Source: Candidatus Taylorbacteria bacterium RIFCSPHIGHO2_12_FULL_45_16 (GTDB lineage: Bacteria > Patescibacteriota > Minisyncoccia > Phycocordibacterales > PALSA-1337). Taken from it: 64,000 nucleotides of DNA. This document shows, piece by piece, positions 20,073-31,500 of this stretch. A model generated the notes under the pieces. The model saw nothing but the letters and a program-made list of their open reading frames with translations. It ran no database searches and had not been told where the DNA came from. The stretch lies in NCBI GenBank assembly GCA_001821055.1, contig MHRT01000005.1, positions 156,378 to 220,377 on the forward strand. The letters are read 5' to 3'. Each line of letters begins with the position of its first letter. Position 1 is the stretch's first letter. The position numbers and the translations under genes were made by a program.

Positions 20073-21656
20073 TTAAAACAATACCTGATACAAAACTGGT
20101 GCCGTGGCCGCAAGAATGTATAGCGAGTCATTATCACAGGTCAACGATTGGGGCATGGCGGGTAGAGCGATTTTTTTCAGCGTGCTGGTCGAGATATGCA
20201 AATCAGATATCTGGAATTCGGCATCTGGTTGTCGGCTTATGACATACAAGAAAGAACGATCCTGTATAATCCCGTAGATCCCGCCCGTGACATCTAGAAA
20301 ACGCTTATTTTCCGACTCAATAAATGGTAGGATGCCATCACTCCAGCTAAATAACTCATGATCCTGTTTTATATTAAAACCGCCGGAAGTTCGTCCAAAA
20401 CTTAATCGATCTTCAAAATAATCAAGCGACTTCCCTTCTTGCCTCTCCCAGCCTGACGGATTGAATGAATCAATAAGAAATGGTACAGCATGATTACTTA
20501 TATCAATCGCGCGCAATTGTTTTTCATCCGAAGCCGCGAGATATGCGACATCATCTCGAACATATATAGCGCCCACCTTGCTGCCTATTTCCAACCCACC
20601 CAAGCCGATTGGCCGAGTTGGATTGGACATGTCAACAACGGAAAACTCCTGACCTTCCCATTTCTCCGTGCCCAGATATATCAGACCACGATCATAGAAA
20701 ATAGCGCTTCCCAGTGGCGGCGTTGCCGTGGCGTATGGCAGAGGCAATTTGTAACTGGATTCAATGATAAGGTTGGCAAGATCCGGCATTTTAATGACTT
20801 GAAGTTGTGCCACTCTACTTGTCGCCGCGGCAAATATCCTGTCGCCAACCAGAGCAATGGATGAAATTCCCGGTCCAGTATTGATACCCGACAATAAGTA
20901 GGCACTCGACGAATCACGAATGTCCACCACAAAAATATCCGGATCTGATTGCCTCGAGGAATCAGTTGAAATGTAGGCCCTGCCATTCCTGACTTCAATA
21001 TCGGTCAGAGGGATCAAGGGATCAATCGGTAAAATAATAGGAGTAATCGTCGGATTGAGTGATTGCGGGTTCAATCCATTCGAAAATACGGCGTCCTCCA
21101 ATTGGGGACGTTGTCGTCCGTCAAAACCATATGAACCAATCGTATCTTTGCTTGAAAAATCCACGTTGCACAAAGCGGTACCGGAAGCGTCATTTATGTT
21201 CAAAAATGGATACGCGACCACGCGAGTAAATGTCATTGATTGCGTACGCGATGCCGACCTTGGATAAACGCCAGACTCGGTGCTTGACGAAATATGGTCG
21301 GCAATTTCGGAACGAATCGTGATATCAGTTTGAATCCTGACATTGCCATACCAACGTGCATGACCAGTAAGCGTCGTCGTGGAGTATACCGAATAATTTG
21401 AATCATTGGAGTCAAGGACTATCGTCCGTGATTCATATGGCACCATTCCATCAAACTTATTTGAATGATTTTCAAAGATGTTTATCAGTCTACCGCGTTC
21501 TTTGGCGAATTCAAATAATTCGCGGGAATTCGCAGATGACTGCGCGAGGACGATCACGAAAATTGTCGCTAGTGACATGGCCACAAGAATGTCCATCAAA
21601 ATCAGACCACGATGTTGTTTGAATCTAATTTTCCGCATATGTATTATGTGACTCAC
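20073..21656 (-). CDS. Large pilin-like/minor-pilin or pilus-tip-associated protein
   Basis: N-terminus HRGLILMDILVAMSLATIFVIVLA is prepilin-like with D at +5. The 527-aa Ser/Thr-rich beta-rich body has no recognised family. Start may be the internal MRKIRF. Confidence 0.4.
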   Translation of the reverse strand: MSHIIHMRKIRFKQHRGLILMDILVAMSLATIFVIVLAQSSANSRELFEFAKERGRLINIFENHSNKFDGMVPYESRTIVLDSNDSNYSVYSTTTLTGHARWYGNVRIQTDITIRSEIADHISSSTESGVYPRSASRTQSMTFTRVVAYPFLNINDASGTALCNVDFSSKDTIGSYGFDGRQRPQLEDAVFSNGLNPQSLNPTITPIILPIDPLIPLTDIEVRNGRAYISTDSSRQSDPDIFVVDIRDSSSAYLLSGINTGPGISSIALVGDRIFAAATSRVAQLQVIKMPDLANLIIESSYKLPLPYATATPPLGSAIFYDRGLIYLGTEKWEGQEFSVVDMSNPTRPIGLGGLEIGSKVGAIYVRDDVAYLAASDEKQLRAIDISNHAVPFLIDSFNPSGWERQEGKSLDYFEDRLSFGRTSGGFNIKQDHELFSWSDGILPFIESENKRFLDVTGGIYGIIQDRSFLYVISRQPDAEFQISDLHISTSTLKKIALPAMPQSLTCDNDSLYILAATAPVLYQVLF

Positions 21657-21676
21657 GACTCTCGATAAATCATCAG

Positions 21677-22729
21677 CTACTGTTGCAACACCTTTGATAT
21701 GTCATATATCGGCATCATAATGGATAAAGCTATACTTCCAACCGTGCATCCCATACCAATCATCATGATCGGCTCTATAAGCGATGTCAGACGCTTTAAA
21801 CTGTGGTCCATGTCACGGTCAATGATAGACGCCGCGCGAATCAAGGAAGCGCCAAGGGTACCCGAGGCTTCACCGGCCGATAAAAGTGATGGCACATAAG
21901 CCGGAATCCGTTTTGAGACATGCGCCAAAACTAATCCGCACGAAACCCCTTTGTGTATATCTGGGGAATTGTGCTGTAGAACTTTTTGAAAAGGAATTAA
22001 TGAAAGGGTGCTGACAGTATCGGTGTACGAACGCGGGACAGACATGCCTGATTCTACCAATGAGCCGAGCGATTGAAGAAACAGCGAAAGTGAATATGAA
22101 TACAACAAGTAGCCTATAATAGGCACGCGAATGAACAGAGATTGGGAAATGTACCTGAACCGTTTGATTTTGCCGTATAGAATGACAAACAAGACCGTCA
22201 CTCCGCACAACACAACAAACACATAAAGGCCATAGGTAACCAAGTGTTCTGAAACAGCCATAACTATTCGAGTCAACAATGGTAATTCAATGTTAAGACT
22301 TCTGAGCATTGGTGTGATCTGCGGCATAACTCCGCGAACGAGTCCAATAGTCAGCAGAGACGCGAAGACTGCGATAATGCTTGGGTAAATAAGCGCCGAA
22401 GCGCATTTACGCGAAGCATCGCCTTGTTTTTCCAGCATGGCGCGGGAAATGGTTAAGGCGCGAAGCAATTGTCCGGAGGACTCGCCGTGTTCAATAAGCC
22501 CAGAGAGTGTCTTTGACACACCTATATGTTTGGCGAAGGATTTTGACAAAAGTCCACCCGACATTACATCCTCACGAATGCGGAAAAGACATAGGCGTTG
22601 GTGTTTGGTGCTTGCTTGTCCGATAATGTGGAGTGCCTTATCCAATGACAGACCGGCAGAAATATATAGCTCAAGACGCTCAAACAATATTATCCGATCT
22701 TTATTGTTCAATGGTGAGAATAATTTCAT
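21677..22729 (-). CDS. pilC: Type II secretion / type IV pilus platform protein (GspF/PilC family)
   Basis: Two GspF-like repeats with TM segments, 350 aa, next to a GspE/PilB ATPase. Confidence 0.75.
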   Translation of the reverse strand: MKLFSPLNNKDRIILFERLELYISAGLSLDKALHIIGQASTKHQRLCLFRIREDVMSGGLLSKSFAKHIGVSKTLSGLIEHGESSGQLLRALTISRAMLEKQGDASRKCASALIYPSIIAVFASLLTIGLVRGVMPQITPMLRSLNIELPLLTRIVMAVSEHLVTYGLYVFVVLCGVTVLFVILYGKIKRFRYISQSLFIRVPIIGYLLYSYSLSLFLQSLGSLVESGMSVPRSYTDTVSTLSLIPFQKVLQHNSPDIHKGVSCGLVLAHVSKRIPAYVPSLLSAGEASGTLGASLIRAASIIDRDMDHSLKRLTSLIEPIMMIGMGCTVGSIALSIMMPIYDISKVLQQ

Positions 22730-22770
22730 ATAAAATTATAAAGTTAGATCTATAAAAAACTAAGCCACGA

Positions 22771-23877
22771 TTATTCGTACAGGATTCGGGTTATTTCTTC
22801 CTCTGTCGTAATGCCCCATTGGACTTTCTCATAACCATCATCGTCCATGGGACGAAAACCTTGGGATCGAGCGTACGCGAGATATGAGGAAATATTTTCC
22901 TTTTTTGTGATGAGGCTCCTCATCCCGGCGTCTATTTCACAAACTTCTGCCATGACATAACGACCGTTATAACCGGTATTCCTGCAAGCCTGGCATCCAA
23001 CGGAAAAACAATCATGGCATACGGCACGAATCAATCTCTGGGCAATCACGCATTTCAGAGTCGAGGCCAGAAGATAATGATCAATACCCATATCAATGAG
23101 ACGAGGTATGGCTTCGAGCGCGGAATTGGTATGAAGCGTCGATAAGACTAGATGTCCGGTGAGCGCGGTATGAACAGCCACGCGCGCGGTCTCCGCATCA
23201 CGGATCTCTCCGACCATGATCACATCCGGATCTTGACGCAGGGCAGAACGTAAACCCGAAGCGAATGTCACCCCGTAATTGTGACGGATATGGATTTGCC
23301 GAACGGTTGGGATCTCATACTCGACAGGATCTTCAAGGGTAATGATGGATAAGGGTTCACGGGCCTTGAGCGACAAGCAGGTATGAAGCGTCGTGGTTTT
23401 GCCTGAACCTGTGGGTCCTGTCACCAAGATAAGTCCAGAAGTCCTTCGTAATGCGTTATTTATTGAATAGACATGTTCGGGTGTAAAACCAAGCTTAGCG
23501 AATGAAACATCAGCTGATACGCGCGTGGGTAATATGCGCATGACGGCATTTTCTCCATGATATGTCGGCATAAATGAGACGCGAACTTGATATGATGAAT
23601 CATCAATACTCGCCGTCCATCTTCCGTCCTGCGGTATGGCATGAATGTCCGTGCGTACACCAGATAAAATCTTCAGTCGCGCAATAATCTCTTCATGCAA
23701 TCGTTTGGGCACCGTGCCGACATGACCGACTTGACCGTCTATGCGAAGCCGAGCACATGAATCATTTTCCTGAGGATCAAAGTGTATGTCAGACGCACGC
23801 ATGTAAATGGCATAGGAAAGAATAGAGTCAATGGTTTCAACGGCCGTGGTGAATTGTCTCGGAAACGAATATAACAT
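22771..23877 (-). CDS. pilB: Type IV pilus/T2SS assembly ATPase (GspE/PilB family), short form lacking the N1 domain
   Basis: Walker A LILVTGPTGSGKTTTL, Asp box, His box, and a tetra-Cys motif (CHDC…CQAC). 368 aa. Confidence 0.8.
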   Translation of the reverse strand: MLYSFPRQFTTAVETIDSILSYAIYMRASDIHFDPQENDSCARLRIDGQVGHVGTVPKRLHEEIIARLKILSGVRTDIHAIPQDGRWTASIDDSSYQVRVSFMPTYHGENAVMRILPTRVSADVSFAKLGFTPEHVYSINNALRRTSGLILVTGPTGSGKTTTLHTCLSLKAREPLSIITLEDPVEYEIPTVRQIHIRHNYGVTFASGLRSALRQDPDVIMVGEIRDAETARVAVHTALTGHLVLSTLHTNSALEAIPRLIDMGIDHYLLASTLKCVIAQRLIRAVCHDCFSVGCQACRNTGYNGRYVMAEVCEIDAGMRSLITKKENISSYLAYARSQGFRPMDDDGYEKVQWGITTEEEITRILYE

Positions 23878-23966
23878 ATTGGTTTCTGGCTAATATTGAT
23901 AAATTGACTAAAAATAAGTTAAAAAATTCTAAAAAACCCACGAACCAACAAACCATAGCAAATAAT

Positions 23967-24006
23967 GATAAAGTTTCGCTGAAGAAGTGATAAAGATTTG
24001 CTGAAG
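23967..24006. repeat. Inverted copy of the tandem ~20-nt motif seen at 4236-4280
   Basis: gataaagtttcgctgaagaagtgataaagatttgctgaag is the reverse complement of 4238-4279 with 1-2 mismatches. Confidence 0.6.
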
Positions 24007-24157
24007 ATTTTAATAAAAGTGGTCGTTGCTCGACAAACTCGTCTCAATTTACACGTTTTTGACAAAAATGACCAAATAATGTAGACTACCTACTCATTCA
24101 TCATATAAATCTTAATCCCCCTCTTCTTTCCATCCCCTCTCTTTATCTTTTACCCCT

Positions 24158-25948
24158 ATGGACATCCGAAACATCGCTATTATCGCCCATGTGGATCACG
24201 GCAAAACTACTCTGACCGATGCTATCATGGCAGAGTGCGGTCATGGAGACGAAGGCACCATGGATTCAAACGCACTCGAACAAGAACGCGGAATTACCAT
24301 ATACGCCAAGAACACTTCTGTTATTTACAAAGGCACCAAGATAAATATCGTTGACACTCCGGGCCATGCTGATTTCGGTTCAGAGGTAGAGCGTGTTCTT
24401 CGCTCGATCGACACCGTCCTTCTAGTCGTTGACGCCCAAGAAGGCCCCATGCCCCAGACTCGTTTTGTATTGAAAAAATCTTTGGAGCTTGGTATCCGAC
24501 CAATTCTCGTCTTGAATAAGATTGACAAGCCCGCCGCCAATCCAGCTCGCGCTCATGATGAAGTTCTTGAACTTTTTATGGAGCTTGGTGCCAATGATAA
24601 ACAATTGGACTTCCTTACTGTCTATGCAGTTGGCCGTCAAGGCATCGCAAAAAAGAACCTTACTGATGAGGCCAAAGACTTGACACCGCTTCTTGATATG
24701 ATCTTGGAACATGTCCCCCCGGCAAATGCCAAAAAGAACGCCAATGATATCTTGACCGCACAAGTCTTCAATCTTGGCTATGACAATTTCCTTGGTCGTC
24801 TGGCAGTATGCCGAATCTATAGTGGTACCATCAATGAAAATCAAAATGTTTGGGTCAAGGATATTAATGGCAAAACATTCACCGGAAAAATCACCAAACT
24901 CTTCACCTTTGATGGCAAAAAGCGTATAGAGGTCAGACAGGCCGAATCTGGTGACATTATCACTATTGCTGGAATTCCTGATATATATATTGGTGAGACA
25001 ATTACAGATAATGAAAATTCCGAGGCTCTCCCTGCGATCAATGTCGATGAGCCGACTATTTCCCTGCAATTTTTGGTCAACAATTCCCCATTTGCTGGTC
25101 GCGAGGGTACTTTTGTTACAGGTCGTCAGATCCGTGAACGCCTCGAACGTGAACTCGAGACGAATGTCGGTCTTAAAGTTGATTTTAGTGCCAATGAATA
25201 TTTCACTGTTTTCGGTCGTGGCGAGCTCCACATTGCCATTCTTATAGAAAATATGCGCCGAGAAGGTTATGAACTCCAGGTTTCTCAACCAAAAGTTATT
25301 TTTAAGGAAATTGACGGGGAGCAGACTGAACCATTTGAGGAGTTAATCATCGACTGTCCGACTGTCTATTCCGGCGCCATCATTGAAACTCTCGGCAAAC
25401 GCAAGGGCGTCATGACCAATATGACTACTCACGGCAATCAGGTTCGTCTGGTTTTCGAGATTCCGACTCGAGGTCTTTTGGGTTATAAAAATGCATTTAT
25501 TATCGATACCAAGGGTGAAGGTATCATGTCTTCTCGCGTCATTGGTTTCAAACCATATGCTGGGGAGATCGAAAAGCGCGAGACTGGTTCTATGACTTCA
25601 ATGATTTCTGGTAAGTCCCTCGGTTTTTCACTCTGGAATCTCCAGGATCGTGGTCGGCTCTTCATCGGTCCAGCTGTGGAAGTCTATGAGGGTATGGTTG
25701 TTGGTGACACTTCCAAGGGAGATGATATGGATGTCAATCCTTGCAAAGGCAAGGCTATGAGTAATATGCGCTCTTCAGGCAAGGACGAGGCTCTGATGCT
25801 TGTTCCACCATTTGAACTTTCGATCGAACGTGGACTAGAGCTTATGCGTGAAGATGAATACCTAGAGGTTACCCCAAAGAATGTACGACTACGTAAAAAG
25901 TTTTTGACGGAACTTGATAGAGCTAGGTCGAGAAGGAAGGATTTGTAA
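24158..25948 (+). CDS. typA: Translational GTPase TypA/BipA
   Basis: MDIRNIAIIAHVDHGKTTLTDAIM; G1-G5 motifs; 596 aa; EF-G-like domain order without domain IV. Confidence 0.9.
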   Translation: MDIRNIAIIAHVDHGKTTLTDAIMAECGHGDEGTMDSNALEQERGITIYAKNTSVIYKGTKINIVDTPGHADFGSEVERVLRSIDTVLLVVDAQEGPMPQTRFVLKKSLELGIRPILVLNKIDKPAANPARAHDEVLELFMELGANDKQLDFLTVYAVGRQGIAKKNLTDEAKDLTPLLDMILEHVPPANAKKNANDILTAQVFNLGYDNFLGRLAVCRIYSGTINENQNVWVKDINGKTFTGKITKLFTFDGKKRIEVRQAESGDIITIAGIPDIYIGETITDNENSEALPAINVDEPTISLQFLVNNSPFAGREGTFVTGRQIRERLERELETNVGLKVDFSANEYFTVFGRGELHIAILIENMRREGYELQVSQPKVIFKEIDGEQTEPFEELIIDCPTVYSGAIIETLGKRKGVMTNMTTHGNQVRLVFEIPTRGLLGYKNAFIIDTKGEGIMSSRVIGFKPYAGEIEKRETGSMTSMISGKSLGFSLWNLQDRGRLFIGPAVEVYEGMVVGDTSKGDDMDVNPCKGKAMSNMRSSGKDEALMLVPPFELSIERGLELMREDEYLEVTPKNVRLRKKFLTELDRARSRRKDL

Positions 25949-26013
25949 AATGCAACATGCAGGCGGATCCACAGATTCACCTACGTATAAAACTTAATTT
26001 TAGATAAAAAAAG

Positions 26014-26043
26014 AGGGCACAACGGTTGCGAGTCGTTGTGCCC
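26014..26043 (-). terminator. Intrinsic terminator oriented for the minus strand (hairpin followed by a T-run on the minus strand)
   Basis: gggcacaacg-gttgcgagt-cgttgtgccc with 10-bp GC-rich stem. Plus strand has aaaaaaaga upstream, so the minus-strand RNA ends in UCUUUUUUU. Confidence 0.55.
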
Positions 26044-26696
26044 GAGATGGAGCGCAGAGATCATCGATCCCATCTGAATCTCACATCCCGCCGGATGTGC
26101 CCTGTTGCGTCCCAACAGGAAAGCTTGGACAAACATGACCTCGAGGGTCAGTCCCATAATCTTCATTCGGCAACATCGCTTTCAAATGTTTGTTTGCCTT
26201 CAGAAGACTACAGCAAGATACATTCCATTTTAACAATTCATCACAATACGCCTTATGCATCAAATTCAGCGTATTGTAGGAAGAATACAATCTTACTTAA
26301 GTGAAACGTATGCGTAGCATCTTCTTTCCATAATGCTCGTAACTCGCTTTCACTTATCTGGCTCTTTATGATAACAGGGCTATAGCCAGAACTGCCCTTT
26401 TCCACCAAGGGGACAATGTCCCCAAACCACAGAATCCCTAGGGGAAAGCCAAAGGCTGACCCCCCGGTGACCCAATGACAATGTACTGAAAGCGTCACAT
26501 GACGCATCAAGGTTGTATCAAATACCTTACCCTGACACGCTAAGTATAGCACACCTGCAGAATTTGTCAAGCGTTTTTATACTTTGTTTGTTGAAATCCC
26601 AAATTATGGCTCAAAATAAGGGGGTTTCAATGGTGCATTTTTATTTTCTTTATCTATTGTGCGCAGGTGAATCAGCAAATTCACATGCGTATCTTC

Positions 26697-27671
26697 CTAC
26701 CTCCAATGTGTCTTTATGTACTCCTCTGTCTCACTCATCGAGAATGGTTGAGTCGAATTGCCGACTCGAACATAGAAATCTTCTTTTTTATCACCATTTT
26801 GAAGATAGGCTGGCTTGTGACTTTCCTTTACCGAAACAACACAGATATCTTTACCGTCGATCTCCTCAAAACTAATCTTCACATATTTCGTAAATGGCAG
26901 ACCTATCAAAGTCTTGATCAACATCGTAACATGATTTTCGAAACCATCACGATTCTTCTTGGTCAGCGTCTTGTAATCATTTTGTAAACCGACGATTTTC
27001 GCGTCATCGCTCACTCCGATGAGCAAAGTTCCACCTTCTGAATTCAAAAACGCCACGATAGTTTTGAGTATCATTTTTTCCAATTCCCTGCTGATTTCGC
27101 CTTTGCGCGCGTCATAGCGGAGTGTTTCTTTGAATTCAACATACAAACCTTCGCCTTTTTCCAGTAGCACGCGCGGATCTCTGGAGAGAATGCGTCCAGA
27201 CGCTTCTTGAACCATGCTTTTGATGACATAGACGTGCTCATCCACATTAGAGACATTCTTGATTTTGGTTATGCGCCCATTAACGTGTTCAAGGATGATT
27301 GTAGCGTGATTCATCATCCTGCTAATCGGAGATTGGTACGTTTCCACTGAAGTCACATCACTAAGACTCATTGATTTGCGACGACGAAAAATTAGGCCTG
27401 ATTTTCTGACTATTTCTTTGTCATTGACTTCATATTGGGTAAAATACCAATCAAAAAACAACAATGAAAGATACACAAGTTGAAAAACAGAAAAAACAAA
27501 TACCTCAAATATATCAAAACGAATATAATCTGAGAGTACCCAATTTTGATACAGTGTGCCGTAATTGCCAACAAATGAAAGACCAAAAAACAAGATGGCC
27601 GCTATGATTTCCATCGACAAAACATTGCGTATAAAGACAAGCGGTCCTTCTTTGATGGTTATGTTACGCAT
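26697..27671 (-). CDS. Membrane-anchored bPH-domain (YdbT-like) protein fused to an AlbA_2/Schlafen-like putative DNA-binding domain
   Basis: N-terminal half has two long TM segments and a PH-like region. C-terminal half has LYVEFKETL … ELEKMILKTIVAFLNSEGGTLLIGVSDDAKIVGL, the AlbA_2 (PF04326-type) signature. Confidence 0.5.
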   Translation of the reverse strand: MRNITIKEGPLVFIRNVLSMEIIAAILFFGLSFVGNYGTLYQNWVLSDYIRFDIFEVFVFSVFQLVYLSLLFFDWYFTQYEVNDKEIVRKSGLIFRRRKSMSLSDVTSVETYQSPISRMMNHATIILEHVNGRITKIKNVSNVDEHVYVIKSMVQEASGRILSRDPRVLLEKGEGLYVEFKETLRYDARKGEISRELEKMILKTIVAFLNSEGGTLLIGVSDDAKIVGLQNDYKTLTKKNRDGFENHVTMLIKTLIGLPFTKYVKISFEEIDGKDICVVSVKESHKPAYLQNGDKKEDFYVRVGNSTQPFSMSETEEYIKTHWR

Positions 27672-27747
27672 ATGGATAGTATTCGATCACATAGTATCAT
27701 ATCGCGGTCATACCTTGAACTTGTCAGATTTGTTTTTGCGTGAGAAT

Positions 27748-30700
27748 CTACCTCGCGTGTGTTGGCGATTCATCGGCCCCAAACTCCTTGGGCGCGACCG
27801 CATCAATCATCTCTTTTTTGAGCGAACCTGGGAAGCCACTACCCGCTGGAACCAGTCGTCCGATAATAACATTTTCCATAAGACCGGTAAGGTTATCCTC
27901 CGCCCCGCGAACAGCGTTACCAATAAGGACACGAGTGGTGTGTTGGAATGATGCGGCTGACAGGAAACTCTTGCGTGAGAGCGAAGTCTCGGTAATACCC
28001 ATAACGATTCGTTCTCCTTTGGCGCTCAGACCACCCTCAATTTTCGCGATAGAATTTTCTTCAGAGAGATAAGCATCATCAACAACCATGCCCTCAGTCA
28101 GATTCGTATCGCCAGCATCTTTGATGCGACGACGGGAAAACATCTGCTTCACGATCACCTCAATGTGCTTGCGTGAGACAGTCTCACCCTGAAGTTCATA
28201 AATCTTACCGACTTCGGTAATAACATAATCTTTGGCGCGCTCTTCGCCGCCAAACTCAAACACATCATCAATGTCCGCGGAGCCGTCAGTAAGGAGATCC
28301 CCTTTTTTAATCTTGTCACCGGCGCGTACCAGAACAGTACGACGATATGGGAAAGTGTATTCAATCTGTTGCGTGAGTTTCTTTTTGCCACGATCTTCCA
28401 TTTCGGGCAAAACGACAATAACTTTTTCTTTACCGAGATCTTTGACTTCAACGACGACACCATCCACGGTCGCGACGACAGCTGGATTTTTTGGTCGGCG
28501 CTTCTCGAAGATTTCTTCAACGCGGGGCAGACCTAGAGTAATATCTCCACCCCGTGAAGCGGCGCCGCCAGCGTGAAATGTGCGCATCGTAAGCTGAGTG
28601 CCGGGTTCTCCAATGGCCTGAGCGGCGACCGTACCAACGGCTTCGCCAAGATCTATGATTTTATTTTTACCCAAATCGAGACCATAACATTGCGCGCAGA
28701 CACCACGGATCGTCTTGCAGGACAACGGCGAACGCACGGCGACATTGACCGCGTTGGATTCTTCCACCACGACGGCGTCCGCTTTTGAAAGAAGGTGTCC
28801 TTTCTCAAAGATAACTTTACCATTGGAGTCTTTGACATCTTCGGCCAAAATTCTGCCACGGATGTTTTTGGACAAAGGGGTGGCCACGCCTGAAGTCGTC
28901 TGGCGACGGATGACGATGAAGTCTTTGGTCCCACAATCATCTTCTGAAACAACCACATCCTGGGCAACCACGAAAAGTTTGCGGGTGAGATAGCCTGCTT
29001 TGGCGGTATTGAGTGCGGTGTCGGTAAGACCTTTGCGTGATCCGTGGGTCGTGATGAAGTATTCGATCGGAGTCAAGCCTTCCTTGGCGCATGAAAGAAT
29101 CGGAAACTCAATAGTATCTCCGGAGACTGACGCGATTAGACCTTTCATACCAGCCATTATAGTGATCTGGGAAAGCGAGCCGCGAGCACCAGAATTGACC
29201 ATGTCATACACTGAGCCATTTTTGTCTAGTGAAGCTGGGATAGTCTTTTCGACCTCGCCTTTTGCGTGTTGCCATATTTCGATATGCTTCCTGACGCGCT
29301 CTTCTTCCGTCAAAAGACCTTCATTGAATTGATGTGTCACGGCATCCGCTTTGTCTTTGCCATACTTTATGATGTCATATTTTGCCGGAGGAATGACGAT
29401 ATCATCAATGCCCCAGGTCGTACCGGAGAATGTGGCATAATGGAAACCAAATGATTTGATGCGATCCAATATAGGAGCGACATTTTCGGCGCCGTGAATG
29501 GTAATCATGTCGTCAATGATTGCCGCGATGCGCTTGCGACCAGCCTCTTCATTGAGAAACGGGTAATCCGTCGGAAGAATATCGTTGAGAAGAATGCGAC
29601 CGACGGTTGTCTCAAACAAACCTTCTTTGAATTTGGCGTACTTGGCGCCCTTTGGCACAATAACCTTTACCGGCTCACGAAGACCAATACTATTAAAATT
29701 ATATGCGAGTACCGCAGCATCCGGAGATTCAAAATACTTCTGTGAATTTTTTTCCACTTCTTCAGGTTTTTTGTCACTAACTATTTTGGTTACCCAAAAA
29801 CACCCAAGCACAATGTCAAGAAGCTTGGCGACGACCGTGGGATCGTTGTTACCTGGTTTTAAGATATTTTTGTCGGAAGCCATAATCATTTTGGCCTCCA
29901 TTTGCGCTTCATCCGACAATGGAACGTGGACGGCCATTTGATCACCATCAAAGTCGGCGTTGAAAGCCGTGCAGACAAGCGGGTGAACATGAATAGCGTT
30001 ACCTTCTATCAGGATTGGACGGAAAGCTTGGATACCAAGACGATGCAATGTCGGTGCACGATTCAAAAGAACATATTTGTGTTCGATGACTTCTTCGAGA
30101 ATTTCCCAAACTTCCTTGGCACCATCATCGATGAGACGGTTGGCACCACGAATATTATAAGCCAGTTCCTTTTTCAAAAGACCCGAAATAACGAATGGTC
30201 GGAACAATTCCAAAGCCATGTGCTTTGGCAGACCACATTGGTCAAGTTTCAATTCTGGACCGACGACGATAACCGAACGACCGGAATAGTCTACGCGTTT
30301 GCCGAGCAGATTTTGACGAAATAGGCCACGCTTTGACTTCAAACTATCGGAAAGAGATTTCAAGGCGCGTTTCTGGGCGGCGGCGGCGGCGGCGCCGGCT
30401 GAAGAGCTGTGACGAATGGAATTGTCAATGAGAGCGTCAACGGCCTCTTGGAGAATACGCTTTTCATTGCGGAGAATTACCTCCGGCGCGTTAATCTCTT
30501 TTAATTTCAAAAGACGATTGTTGCGATTGATGACGCGACGATACAGATCGTTGACATCGGATGTGGCATAACGACCGCCATCAAGAGCGACCATCGGACG
30601 AATGCCCGGCGGAATGACTGGAATGCGAATAAGAAACATCCACTCCGGACGGAGTTTGGCTTTAATCATCTGCTTGACGAGTGAGACGCGCTTGGAAAGC

Positions 30701-31455
30701 TTTTCATGATCAGCCGAACTTGCATTTTCCAAATATTCTTCGAGTTCGGTTTTGAGTTTGGCTAGATCAATTTTTTTCAAAAGTTCATAAACGACTTCCG
30801 CGCCGATACCGGCCTCAAAAAGTGAACCATATTTCATAGCATACTTGTGATATGTCATTTCATCCATGACCATGCCAAGCTGAAGACTTTCGATTTCTTT
30901 GCGAGCGTTGACTACAAGTTCTTTGAGGGCTTCCTTGGTTTTGTCGTCTTGCGCCCCTTTGACTTTGTTTTTGTATTCACCGTCAAGTTCTTTCAAAAAA
31001 GCGTTTTTTTCATTTTCATTTACCTTGGTAACGATATAGCCGGCAAAATAAACAACTTTTTCAAGATCGGCGGTTGTCATCCCCAAAATAAGTCCGATTC
31101 GCGACGGAACTGATCGAAGGAACCAAATATGAGAAACCGGACTAGCAAGTTCAATATGACCCATTCGTTCACGGCGAACAATCGAACGAGTGATTTCGAC
31201 TCCACACTTTTCACAGACTATTCCCTTGTAGCGGATGCCGCGATATTTGCCGCAATAACACTCATAGTCACGGTCCGGACCGAAGATTCGTTCATCGAAA
31301 AGACCACTCTTTTCTGAGCGCTGGGTGCGATAATTGATCGTCTCTGGCTTGGTGATTTCGCCATATGACCACTCAAGGATTTTGTCTGGTGAGGCCAAGG
31401 AGAGCTTCACGATGTCGAAGATTTGAGGATCTGATTTTTTTATTGGGGTGGTCAT
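27748..31455 (-). CDS. rpoC: DNA-directed RNA polymerase subunit beta'
   Basis: [12 protein letters not shown] catalytic motif, zinc-binding cysteines, trigger loop and so on. The track ORF to 31536 adds 27 aa that merely translate the upstream palindrome; the likely start is MTTPIKK at 31455. Confidence 0.9.
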   Translation of the reverse strand: MTTPIKKSDPQIFDIVKLSLASPDKILEWSYGEITKPETINYRTQRSEKSGLFDERIFGPDRDYECYCGKYRGIRYKGIVCEKCGVEITRSIVRRERMGHIELASPVSHIWFLRSVPSRIGLILGMTTADLEKVVYFAGYIVTKVNENEKNAFLKELDGEYKNKVKGAQDDKTKEALKELVVNARKEIESLQLGMVMDEMTYHKYAMKYGSLFEAGIGAEVVYELLKKIDLAKLKTELEEYLENASSADHEKLSKRVSLVKQMIKAKLRPEWMFLIRIPVIPPGIRPMVALDGGRYATSDVNDLYRRVINRNNRLLKLKEINAPEVILRNEKRILQEAVDALIDNSIRHSSSAGAAAAAAQKRALKSLSDSLKSKRGLFRQNLLGKRVDYSGRSVIVVGPELKLDQCGLPKHMALELFRPFVISGLLKKELAYNIRGANRLIDDGAKEVWEILEEVIEHKYVLLNRAPTLHRLGIQAFRPILIEGNAIHVHPLVCTAFNADFDGDQMAVHVPLSDEAQMEAKMIMASDKNILKPGNNDPTVVAKLLDIVLGCFWVTKIVSDKKPEEVEKNSQKYFESPDAAVLAYNFNSIGLREPVKVIVPKGAKYAKFKEGLFETTVGRILLNDILPTDYPFLNEEAGRKRIAAIIDDMITIHGAENVAPILDRIKSFGFHYATFSGTTWGIDDIVIPPAKYDIIKYGKDKADAVTHQFNEGLLTEEERVRKHIEIWQHAKGEVEKTIPASLDKNGSVYDMVNSGARGSLSQITIMAGMKGLIASVSGDTIEFPILSCAKEGLTPIEYFITTHGSRKGLTDTALNTAKAGYLTRKLFVVAQDVVVSEDDCGTKDFIVIRRQTTSGVATPLSKNIRGRILAEDVKDSNGKVIFEKGHLLSKADAVVVEESNAVNVAVRSPLSCKTIRGVCAQCYGLDLGKNKIIDLGEAVGTVAAQAIGEPGTQLTMRTFHAGGAASRGGDITLGLPRVEEIFEKRRPKNPAVVATVDGVVVEVKDLGKEKVIVVLPEMEDRGKKKLTQQIEYTFPYRRTVLVRAGDKIKKGDLLTDGSADIDDVFEFGGEERAKDYVITEVGKIYELQGETVSRKHIEVIVKQMFSRRRIKDAGDTNLTEGMVVDDAYLSEENSIAKIEGGLSAKGERIVMGITETSLSRKSFLSAASFQHTTRVLIGNAVRGAEDNLTGLMENVIIGRLVPAGSGFPGSLKKEMIDAVAPKEFGADESPTHAR

Positions 31456-31500
31456 GGTGATAATGTTATGGATTAATAGTGAAAATACGGGTTTTCGGGT

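Noticed and set aside
24118-24157. 40-nt polypyrimidine tract (tcccccctcttctttccatcccctctctttatcttttacccct) immediately upstream of typA.
   Set aside because: It could be a ribosome-binding enhancer or just compositional bias. There is no second copy and no clear structure.
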